Shown here: positions 18,830 through 27,324 of the stretch, piece by piece
How positions within the stretch are numbered: the stretch's first letter is position 1
Layout of the letters: each line of letters begins with the position of its first letter
Position numbers and translations under genes: made by a program
Notes under the pieces: generated by a model
What the model saw: only the letters and a program-made list of their open reading frames with translations
Databases searched by the model: none
Told to the model about the DNA's origin: nothing
NCBI GenBank assembly: GCA_965203805.1
Contig: OZ241917.1
Span: 5,632,001-5,696,000 of the forward strand
Source: Candidatus Latescibacterota bacterium
GTDB lineage: Bacteria > Latescibacterota > UBA2968 > GCA-2709665
Reading direction: 5' to 3'
Length of the DNA: 64,000 bases

Positions 18830-19573
18830 ATGAGCGATGCTTCGGCCGAAGGTCTCAACTATTTCGCGGAAATTGCGGACTCGTACGATCGGGTCCAGCC
18901 GGTCCTGAGCCCTCCTTACGCGACCGGTATCGAGATGATCGTCGATCTGATTCCCTTCGGCTCGGGCGAACCGTTCGAGTTCGTGGATCTCGGGTGCGGC
19001 ACGGCCGAGCCGACGGCGAGGGTGCTGGCGCAATTTCGCCGGTCCGAAGGCAGTTGCATCGACAGTGAACCGGAAATGCTGCGGATCGCGAAGCGCAAAC
19101 TGACGCCGTACGGGGACAGGATCGAATTACGGGAAGCGGACATCACCCGTTGCGCGCTCCCGCCGTGCGACGTGGTGTTTTCGGCGAAGACGTTCCACCA
19201 TATACATCCCGACAATCTGCCCGCGCTGTTTGCGCGGATCGTGGCCGCGTTACGGCAGGGCGGGTGTTTCATCCTCTACGATACGATGTCGGTCGGCCCT
19301 GGTTGGACGGCGGCGGTGCGGCAGCAATCGACCCGATACCGCGAACGTCACGTCCAGCGCGCGATCGACTCAGGATTGGTGACGCGGGAGGAAATCGACG
19401 CCAGGCGGGAATACAAACGAATGATGAAGGCGGCGGGGAAAGACATTGAATACGAGCATCGTGCGGAGGACCTCATCCACGCGATGACGGAGGCGGGGTT
19501 CGACGACGTCGCCGTCGTGTGGCGCCTATTCGCCGACACGATCCTGCTGGCGTTCGTGCCGGGCAATTCCTGA
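18830..19573 (+). CDS. Class I SAM-dependent methyltransferase
   Basis: VDLGCGT, IDSEPEML, DVVFS..TFHHI, LRQGG. Confidence 0.88.
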   Translation: MSDASAEGLNYFAEIADSYDRVQPVLSPPYATGIEMIVDLIPFGSGEPFEFVDLGCGTAEPTARVLAQFRRSEGSCIDSEPEMLRIAKRKLTPYGDRIELREADITRCALPPCDVVFSAKTFHHIHPDNLPALFARIVAALRQGGCFILYDTMSVGPGWTAAVRQQSTRYRERHVQRAIDSGLVTREEIDARREYKRMMKAAGKDIEYEHRAEDLIHAMTEAGFDDVAVVWRLFADTILLAFVPGNS

Positions 19574-19907
19574 CGAGAATGCGCTCGCTCACTCGCTGAC
19601 TTCCTCCCGCAACTCCTCAGGAGAATAGCTAAAGATAGGTACGGAAGCTCTGATTAAGTTACCTATTGGCACGCCATGCAGAAAGTCGTAGAATTGGAGC
19701 GTGAGCCGTCGTGTTGTGATTTCTGATGGATCGACATAGAACGAGGGGCCCAGGGATGAAACAAATGAGTTTTTCGGATCTGGCGTACAGGACGAAGAAG
19801 AAGCAGACGCGCAGGGAACGTTTTCTGAAAGAGATGGATGCGGTGTTGCCGTGGGAGATACTGCTTAAATCGATTGAGAGGAAGTATCCGAAACCTGGCA
19901 ACGGTCG

Positions 19908-19934
19908 CCTGCCTGCCGAGTCGGCGCAGGCAGG
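19908..19934 (+). repeat. CCTG hairpin element (27 nt, in frame in the transposase)
   Basis: CCTGCCTG-CCGA G TCGG-CG-CAGGCAGG. Confidence 0.85.
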
Positions 19935-20044
19935 TCGTCCGATCGGTGCGGAGGTGATGCTGCGTATCTACTTTATGCAACAATGGTATGGATTGAGCGA
20001 TCCGGGAATGGAAGACAGTCTCTACGACGTGGAGTCGATGCGTC

Positions 20045-20063
20045 CCTGCCTGCTGCAGGCAGG
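20045..20063. repeat. CCTG hairpin element (19 nt, frameshifting)
   Basis: CCTGCCTG-CTG-CAGGCAGG; removal restores M-R-R-F-A-G. Confidence 0.85.
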
Positions 20064-20599
20064 GCTTTGCGGGTGTGAACATCAACGGCGTACCTGATGA
20101 GACGACGATCTGCAAATTCCGTCACTTTCTGGAGCACCATGGGTTGACGGAAGCGTTGTTTCGGCAAACGAAGCGCTACTTGTCCAGGCGGGGATTGATC
20201 GTGAACGAAGGCACGATCGTGGATGCCACGATCATTCACGCGCCTTCTTCGACGAAGAACAAGGATCGGAAACGGGATCCTGAAATGGCCAGCACGAAGA
20301 AGGGCAACACGTGGCATTTCGGCATGAAGGCGCACGTGGGCGCGGATGTGAAGGGACGGGTGCACAGTGTGGTGACCACCCCCGCTTCGGTGCATGATTC
20401 GCAGGCGATGGATGCCTGTCTGCACGGAAAAGAAAAGACCATCTACGGCGACAAGGCCTATGCGGATCAGACGCGAAAAGAACGGGCCGAAGCCAACGAC
20501 GTGGAATGGCGAGTGCTTCGCAAGGCCCGCCGGGGCAAGCGGCTCAACTGCGCGGATGTTTCGTTCAACAAGAAGAGCAATCGCACGCGCGCACGGGTC

Positions 20600-20635
20600 C
20601 CTGCCTGTGCGTGCTGTCTCACGCACGCAGACAGG
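20600..20635 (+). repeat. CCTG hairpin element (36 nt, in frame)
   Basis: CCTGCCTG-TGCGTG CTGTCT CACGCA-CG-CAGACAGG; removal restores RARVEHPF. Confidence 0.85.
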
Positions 20636-21257
20636 GAACATCCCTTTGGGATCATCAAACACCTGTGGGGCTACCGAAAGGTCAGGTATCGCGGTCTGGC
20701 GAAGAATACGGCGCATCTGTTCACCTTGTTTGCCTTGGCTAACTTCCATATGGCACGTCAGGAACTGGCTACTACATAGGCACCCGTGCCTCCAATTCGG
20801 ACGCTGGCGGCCAAAATGGCCGGCACCGAGCGCATCCGGGGCCGGAATCACCCGTGCAAACCCGAAAGATGACGACCCTCTCAACATAAACAGCCTCCGA
20901 AACGACCCATAAGTTACAACTTGCTCATTCCCTCTGGTTGATCAGAGGTTCCGTACCTGTTGTTGGCCAAGTAGCTCCATGAAGTCGCGCTTGGTCTGAC
21001 CGGCGGTTCTAGCCGCCTGTCCAAGTGACACTTTCCCAGTCTCATAGAGTTTGATGGCAAGGAGTATCTTCGCTTCCTCTAGTGACAGTCCGGACGGAAG
21101 CTCGACTCTCAAATCCGTTGTTACCATAGTCATTGTCCCCGTGGACGAAAATTCGCAAGTCTTCGTGACTTAAGAGTGGCCATGTTCACTGCCAGGTAGA
21201 ATATAAATTAACCAGGATCAAAGTCAAAATCCATAACTTCCGGATAACTGTCCGCCG

Positions 21258-22121
21258 CTATTGCGGTCCGGCGCTGACCACGGGCTGCGTCGATTCGTGA
21301 GAGCAGAGGACGACCAGCAGATTGCTGACCATATTCGCACGTTGTTCCTCGTTCAGCTTGATCACGTCGTCGTCCGTCAGGCGCGTCAAAGCCATTTCCA
21401 CCATCCCGACGGCGCCGTCGACGATTTTCGCGCGTGCCGAAATGACCGCCTCGGCCTGCTGGCGCTGGAGCATGGCATTGGCGATTTCCGGTGCGTAGGC
21501 CAGGTGGTTGATCCGCGCCTCCTCGATCTCGACGCCGGCTTCCTGGACACGGTCCTGAATCTCTTTCCCGAGGGATTCGGAGACCTCGGTGATCGAGGAC
21601 CTGAGGCTGATCTCCTCGCCTTCCGACTGATCGTACGGGTAGCTCGTTGCAAGGTGTCTGATTGCCGATTCCGACTGGACCTTGACGTACTGTTCGTAGT
21701 TGTCCACGTCGAACAGGGCCTGAGCGGCGACGCGCACTCTCCACACGATGACGGCCGAGATCTCTATGGGATTGCCCCGGCTGTCGTTGACCTTCAGACG
21801 TTCGCTGTCGAAATTCCTGACACGCAGGGAAACTTTCGTCCGGCTCTTGAACGGGTTCGTCCAACGGAATCCCTGAGTCGTCTCGGTGCCCTTATACTCG
21901 CCGAAGAGCAGGAGAACGACGCACTGATTCGGTTCCACAGCGAATAACCCGGTCATGAGGATAATGTCGATGACGAGAAGCAGGATGGACGCGACAACGG
22001 GAACGGGGCCGCCGCCCGTCACACCATGTATGAACACCACCACGGACACGGCGAGAAGCACAAGCGTTACGAACAACATCAACCAGCCGCTCATCTGGGG
22101 GGTGTTTCTATCTTCCGTCAT
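21258..22121 (-). CDS. SPFH (band 7) domain membrane protein
   Basis: 2 TM segments; [46 protein letters not shown]. Confidence 0.9.
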   Translation of the reverse strand: MTEDRNTPQMSGWLMLFVTLVLLAVSVVVFIHGVTGGGPVPVVASILLLVIDIILMTGLFAVEPNQCVVLLLFGEYKGTETTQGFRWTNPFKSRTKVSLRVRNFDSERLKVNDSRGNPIEISAVIVWRVRVAAQALFDVDNYEQYVKVQSESAIRHLATSYPYDQSEGEEISLRSSITEVSESLGKEIQDRVQEAGVEIEEARINHLAYAPEIANAMLQRQQAEAVISARAKIVDGAVGMVEMALTRLTDDDVIKLNEEQRANMVSNLLVVLCSHESTQPVVSAGPQ

Positions 22122-22349
22122 GGGAGACCTCCGTAGAATGAAATTGGATTGACCCGGGCATGGGTACGATGTCGAAGGGCGTTCCCGCGGTATTCAGGCC
22201 CGGCGCACACGCACAAGTACGACGCGATCGCATTGCATTTTGTTTCGGAAACGACAAGGAAACAACCGTGTTTCCGCATCTGTGAATAACCCATGCAGAT
22301 TGCATAGGTGTCGTCGTTTCCGTTCACAAACCGAATGGGCACTCATATC

Positions 22350-22827
22350 ATCTCCCGTCTTACGTCTACCCTCTCACCGTTCTCCCGGGAGCGAGGGCAT
22401 CTTGCCCTCGAAACGCCGTTCTGGTCCTGCCACATGACGGCGTTGACGTCAATGGGTTGGTTTTGGTTCAAGCTGACGGCTGCCTTTTGCTGCTTCTCTC
22501 CCCGGACCTACCCCCTAACCCCCTTCCTGAGAGGAAGGGGGAACGGTGACGGGTCGATGGACCGGGCATGTAAGTGTGCCGGCTGGCGATTTCCTGTCAA
22601 TCAGAGTATCTAAAGATGACCGGCCCGCGACGCCTGACTTTTCTCCCCCTCTCCTCACAGGAGAGGGTCCCTGCCTGGCGGTGGTTTTTCGGCAGGCAGG
22701 GGGGAGAGGTCTGCGCCCATCGACGGCAGATTTCGCCAGGCCGTTTCGTCGTCCCGTGGACGCGGGGTTATCCTCTCCCGTCTCCCGTCTAACGTCTACC
22801 CCTGGGAAGGGGCCAAGGGGAGAGGTC
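22350..22827. repeat. Mosaic of intergenic repeat modules, including a CCTG element at 22670-22700
   Basis: Modules shared with 7503-7640, 12671-12835 and 23607-24055. Confidence 0.8.
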
Positions 22828-22843
22828 TCCAGAGTCAATTATC

Positions 22844-23578
22844 ATGCTGACGCAGATCTCATCTTCCGTTTTCTCCTGGTCAGAGATACATGGCGCGGGC
22901 AGAAACGAGCTCTATCCGTGGAACAGCTTTGTCGTCCGTACGAATCCCGGCGACGCCCTGGTCCTCGTCGATCCGCTGCAAATCCCGGATGAAGAAGCGA
23001 GAGAAGTCGAAGCCATGGGCAGTCCCGTGCACATTCTCCTTACCTGCGAGTACCACGTGCGCGAATCGGAGGCATTCAGGGACCGCTGGGGCTGCAACAT
23101 TCACCTCCACCCGGACGGATTGGAACATTCCGAAGTGGCGATCGACGCAGCCTTTCAGGACGGAGACCTGCTGTGGGACCGTATCGAAGTGGTCCACATT
23201 CCCGACGCCCACTACCCGGAAGAGGTCGCGTTTCTGGTGCGGGAAGACGGAGATACAGTGATCGTGGGGGATGCCGTCTGCGGCGGAAGAAAGGACAGAG
23301 GCGTTCCGGACGGTGAAATCTGGATAAATGCCCCGGAGTACATCGCCGATCTCTCGCTGGCGCGAGAATCCCTTCGCAAGTTGGCGGGATATTCATTCGA
23401 TAAAATGTGCTTCGGACATGGATCACCGATCATTCGGAACGCCAGCGTTCGGTTTCGTGAATTCGTCGAAGACGACGCGGCCTGGGATAAGCTTGAATCC
23501 GAGAAAATCGAGCGAACCAACCCCGAGTCGCTCGAATTCATCAGGACAATGGAAGCGAGAAAAACCCGTTGCGGATAA
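22844..23578 (+). CDS. MBL-fold metallo-hydrolase-like protein
   Basis: LVDP, HILLTCEYHVR, IVGDA, CFGHG; degenerate HxHxDH. Confidence 0.75.
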   Translation: MLTQISSSVFSWSEIHGAGRNELYPWNSFVVRTNPGDALVLVDPLQIPDEEAREVEAMGSPVHILLTCEYHVRESEAFRDRWGCNIHLHPDGLEHSEVAIDAAFQDGDLLWDRIEVVHIPDAHYPEEVAFLVREDGDTVIVGDAVCGGRKDRGVPDGEIWINAPEYIADLSLARESLRKLAGYSFDKMCFGHGSPIIRNASVRFREFVEDDAAWDKLESEKIERTNPESLEFIRTMEARKTRCG

Positions 23579-23606
23579 GGCTGTGATCGGATAGTGGTGA
23601 GAGGTT

Positions 23607-24080
23607 CCCGGGATCGAGGGCATCCTGCCCTTGCCGGGTTGTGTAGGGGCCTGCCTGCAGCGCAGTACGCTGCGCAGGCAGGCAACCCTTGTGGTTGCCC
23701 GCCTAACCGGTGTTTCGGATATTACCGTTTGTATTTCGTTGTGCCTCTTTGTCTCCGTGTGATTTCATTTTCGGCATAAGCCGACGCCTGCTTTTGCTCC
23801 CCCTCTCCTCACAGGAAAGGGGGCCTGCCTGCCGAGCAGGTCTCGGCGCAGGCAGGCCGGGGGGAGAGGTCACCAAACAATGGGGAGACGTAAGCCGTGA
23901 GACGGTAGAGGGCTTCTTTGCCCGATTGGTTCTCTCTTTATGCCTCCGGCAAGATATGATACCGAACAGGCGATCACATCATCTTCCGTCTCCAGTTTCC
24001 CAGCTCTTCAGGCACTCACATCATCTCCCGTTTCACGTCTAACCTCTCACCGCCTTTAGCTGACTGCTGAAGGCTGATCG
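23607..24080. repeat. Mosaic of REP-like modules with CCTG elements at 23650-23682 and 23824-23856
   Basis: GTAGGGG[insert]CAACCCTTGTGGTTGCCC; CTCCCCCTCTCCTCACAGGAAAGGGGG[insert]CCGGGGGGAGAGG; heptamer tandem repeats. Confidence 0.8.
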
Positions 24081-24109
24081 CTAACGTCTGCAACAAAGGA
24101 GGTTTCTCG

Positions 24110-24505
24110 ATGTCACAGGACAACGGCTCAGGCCTCTCGGTGATCGGTCAGATATCCGTGACCGTTCAGGACCTCGACCGTGCGGTCGAATTTTATCGTG
24201 ATCAATTGGGAATGCAATTCCTCTTCCGCGTTCCCGGGATGGCGTTTTTCAACTGTTCGGGTGTTCGCCTGTTGCTGGGCCTGTCAGAGGATGAATCGTC
24301 GGATGTAAACGCATCCGTGATCTATTACAAGGTGGACGACCTCGAAGGCACGCATGACGCGTTTCGGTCGCGAGGCATTTCGTTCGACAGCGCCCCTCAC
24401 AAGATTGCCGATATGCCCGACCATGAGCTGTGGATGGCCTTTTTTCGGGACTCCGAAATGAATCTCATGGCCCTGATGGCCGAGAAGCCGGTAAAATTGC
24501 AATAG
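24110..24505 (+). CDS. VOC (glyoxalase/bleomycin resistance) family protein
   Basis: IGQISVTVQDLDRAVEFYRDQLG, LWMAFFRDSEMN; AAGGAGG RBS. Confidence 0.9.
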   Translation: MSQDNGSGLSVIGQISVTVQDLDRAVEFYRDQLGMQFLFRVPGMAFFNCSGVRLLLGLSEDESSDVNASVIYYKVDDLEGTHDAFRSRGISFDSAPHKIADMPDHELWMAFFRDSEMNLMALMAEKPVKLQ

Positions 24506-24517
24506 AGTGCCCGCGAT

Positions 24518-24973
24518 ATGGACGACCTTCGAAATCTATCGTTTTCATTTAAATGCATCATCGACCGTCCCGTTGACGAAGTCTTCACGGCCATCACGGA
24601 CCGGGCATCGATCAGTACATTCTTCACCGACGACGCAAGCGCCGGGCTGGAAGCCGGGAAGACAGTCTTCTGGCGCTTCGGCGACGTCGAGGTGGATGTT
24701 TGCGTAGAGGAAGTGATTCCTAATCGGAGGATCGTCTGCAATTGGCCGGCCAGTGGCGACGTGGGTTACCGGACGCGGTTTGTGTTCGATTTCGAAGCGC
24801 TGAACGGCGGAACGAGGGTTTCGGTGAGGGAGTCCGGATGGCGACGCGATCAGGCGGGCATCGACAGCGCCTTCGATCAGTGCTCGGGCTGGACCCATTT
24901 CTTCGCGAGCCTGAAGGCGCGCCTGGAGCACCACGTGGACCTCAAGCGCTTCTATGACGATTCCGGACAATGA
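24518..24973 (+). CDS. SRPBCC/AHSA1-like domain protein
   Basis: IDRPVDEVFTAITD, GGTRVSVRESGW, GWTHFFASLKARLE. Confidence 0.85.
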   Translation: MDDLRNLSFSFKCIIDRPVDEVFTAITDRASISTFFTDDASAGLEAGKTVFWRFGDVEVDVCVEEVIPNRRIVCNWPASGDVGYRTRFVFDFEALNGGTRVSVRESGWRRDQAGIDSAFDQCSGWTHFFASLKARLEHHVDLKRFYDDSGQ

Positions 24974-25208
24974 TCTGCCGGCGTCCGGCGGGCGATTTCC
25001 GTCAAGTTGCCGATAAACATTGAATTAAACGGCGCGCTACTCCCGGAAAACCGGCTGACGGCGCGTTTTGTGTTTCGATTGCGTCGTACACAGTGCGCGG
25101 ACCGGTCATTTCCCGGCCCGCGGGTCGGCCAGATTTACGAGCCTGCCTTTCTATAGTGAACCTTTGCCCGTCGAGTCACGCCTTGTAGGGCAAAGGACAC
25201 GTGATCAA

Positions 25209-26606
25209 ATGACCGATCCATACGACCAACTATTGGCGAAACAGGTCCGGCAGGGCAACGAAGACGCTTTCGTTACCCTGATCCGGCGCTACGAACGCGT
25301 GCTGGCAGGCCTGATCCGCTCCCGGACCGGGTCCGGCGACCATGTCCAGGACGTGCTGCAGGAGACCCTGGTTCACGTCTGGATGGGGCTGCGTCGGATG
25401 ACGCCGCGCGACGTGCGTCCGTGGCTGCTGCAGGTGGCCCGAAACCGCTGTCGTGATTTCTTCAGATCTTCCCAGCGCCGCGAACTGTACGTCGAGACTG
25501 AAGTCCTCGGGCCCATGGTCAACCGTCTCGGCATCGCTCAGTCCCGGCAGCGGGAGGCCGCTGATGACATTGTTGAAGCGATGGACGAAGTTCCCCATCG
25601 AGAGCGGGCCGCCCTGCGGGCATTCTATCTGGAAGGTCTGAGCATTGCGGAAATCGCCGACCGCCACGGCTGTCCCGACGGCACGGTCAAGCGCCGCCTT
25701 TCTTACGGTAGAGAGCGGATCCGGAACGTACTGGGAATCACCCCAAAGATATTCACCCCAAAGATGAGGAACACCGACATGGATACACCAAAACAAGCTT
25801 TTCCGACGCAGATGCCCGAATTACGCATTCGGCCGAGCAACGAGAAGCCGTTCCGAATTGATTTCAAGGAAATGGCCTGGTGGTTCATCCAGCCCGAGGT
25901 GGGAGACCGTGCAGCCTGGGGTTTGTATGAACCGCCGACAGAAGGCGGCGAGCCCTGGAAGCTCTCCGAAACCGTCAGGATGATCGCTCGCCGTCCGGCG
26001 GTGATCCATGGACGGCCCTGTGTCGAGGTGGAAGTGGAGGAGGAGATGATTCGCGCAAACCCCTCCCGCGAAAAGAAGAGCCGAGTCTGGGGGCTACTGA
26101 CCGACGACGAGGTGGAGTGGATCGCCGTGGAATCGCTGCGTCCCGATGGAACACGGGAACTGGAGACGTTTCTCGACGAAAGGTTTTACGAGGATTGGGA
26201 CAGCACGCCGCGACTGGTCGAGGATCGCGGCGCCCTTCGGCCCCTGGGCGACGGCGTCTTCGCCACACAGGCCGGAGCCGCCCAGATCAACGGGGTCGGG
26301 GTTTTCGACGTACAGATCGGCAGGCGGCATTTCACCTGCCTGCGCGTCTTCGAGATCATCAAATACAAACAGTCCGCAGAGCGCGGGCAAATAATCGAAG
26401 CCTACATCACGCGGGCGGGACGCACGGTATTGTACCGCCGTTACAACGGCAACCGCAGGGGCAAGCACGATGCCCCTCCCCACAATTCGGGGGAGGCGAT
26501 GACCTGGGAAGAGGACCTGCCCCATGCCGCCCGCCTCGTGGTCGACGGAGTCACCTTCGTGCACCACTACGACGAACTGACGGCCGTGGCATGCGGAATC
26601 GCCTGA
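25209..26606 (+). CDS. ECF sigma-70 factor with long C-terminal extension
   Basis: Region 2 DVLQETLV..W, WLLQVARNRCRD; region 4 YLEGLSIAEIA..CPDGTVKRRL; about 290 further aa. Confidence 0.85.
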   Translation: MTDPYDQLLAKQVRQGNEDAFVTLIRRYERVLAGLIRSRTGSGDHVQDVLQETLVHVWMGLRRMTPRDVRPWLLQVARNRCRDFFRSSQRRELYVETEVLGPMVNRLGIAQSRQREAADDIVEAMDEVPHRERAALRAFYLEGLSIAEIADRHGCPDGTVKRRLSYGRERIRNVLGITPKIFTPKMRNTDMDTPKQAFPTQMPELRIRPSNEKPFRIDFKEMAWWFIQPEVGDRAAWGLYEPPTEGGEPWKLSETVRMIARRPAVIHGRPCVEVEVEEEMIRANPSREKKSRVWGLLTDDEVEWIAVESLRPDGTRELETFLDERFYEDWDSTPRLVEDRGALRPLGDGVFATQAGAAQINGVGVFDVQIGRRHFTCLRVFEIIKYKQSAERGQIIEAYITRAGRTVLYRRYNGNRRGKHDAPPHNSGEAMTWEEDLPHAARLVVDGVTFVHHYDELTAVACGIA

Positions 26607-26637
26607 TTGACGGTCGTCGTGTGAGGTCCGGGTTCGA

Positions 26638-27210
26638 CTACTGGACCCGACGGTATTTCATCGTGTGCGCCATTGTCTCCTTGCCGTTCTCGTACATCGT
26701 CCAGGTCTGCGACATCTCGTCCTTCCTGTTGAACGCGATCGAGACGGAGTGCATGTGCGCCTCGTCGGGCGAATCGAGAGAGCCCTCCACCAGCGCCATC
26801 GTGATCACGCCGTCGGTTGAGCCCGTCAGGCGCATCTGCGGCTGATTGCCCTTCGCGCAATAGTGGGTCATCCACAGCTTGCCGCGCCGGTCGTGGTACA
26901 CGGAAATCATCTCCATCGGCGTATCCGGGAAGTTGCGCTCCACGATGACACTGCCGTTGGCCGCCAGCCGGTACTCCGTTGCAACCGTTGTCATCGCGCC
27001 CTTCCCGCCTTCGGAACCGCCGCCGGGCTTCGGCATCTCAGACTCCCAGCGCCCGACCAGCGCTTTCAGTCGCTCGAACTCCGCCGAACCTGCAGCTGGC
27101 GCGGCCTGCGAGTCGCCCTTCCCTCCGGGCGCACCTCCGTCGTCACCTGCAAAAACCGAAATTGCCGCGATCGCGAGCAAAACCGGCAGGGCAGATATGG
27201 CTCTCTTCAT
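26638..27210 (-). CDS. Exported hypothetical protein
   Basis: AAAGGAG RBS; signal peptide; FERLKALVGRW, MTHYCAKGNQP. Confidence 0.75.
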   Translation of the reverse strand: MKRAISALPVLLAIAAISVFAGDDGGAPGGKGDSQAAPAAGSAEFERLKALVGRWESEMPKPGGGSEGGKGAMTTVATEYRLAANGSVIVERNFPDTPMEMISVYHDRRGKLWMTHYCAKGNQPQMRLTGSTDGVITMALVEGSLDSPDEAHMHSVSIAFNRKDEMSQTWTMYENGKETMAHTMKYRRVQ

Positions 27211-27324
27211 TCGGGTTGCTCCTTTCTGAAGTGTAGAAGAAAAACACCTGCGGCAACGAGATGCGTCATCGCATACGAATTCATTTGAGCATCTGTCGTA
27301 CAAATGACGTAACTTGCCTATTCT

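Larger units (their letters stand above)
19756..20779 (+). pseudogene. IS5 transposase, frameshifted by a 19-nt insertion
   Basis: MKQMSF..KKQTRRERFL, PDETTI..FRH, IVDATII, GMKAH, GDKAY, EHPFG..K..YRGL.KN; frame break at 20045-20063. Confidence 0.9.
19643..20952 (+). mobile_element. IS5-family insertion sequence
   Basis: Terminal IRs GGAAGCTCTGATTAA / TTGATCAGAGGTTCC; 4-bp TSD GTAC at 19639-19642 and 20953-20956. Confidence 0.92.
19589..21133 (-). pseudogene. UPF0175-family (antitoxin-like) gene split by IS5
   Basis: 5' part 20953-21133 (...[30 protein letters not shown]) joins in frame through GTAC to the 3' part 19589-19642 (VPIFSYSPEELREEVSE-stop). Confidence 0.85.

Noticed and set aside
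20045-20097. Programmed ribosomal frameshift in the IS5 transposase
   Set aside because: No slippery run at the junction; the shift is fully explained by the 19-nt insertion.
7503-24080. Repeats as a CRISPR array
   Set aside because: Copies are dispersed, with no regular repeat-spacer period and no cas genes.
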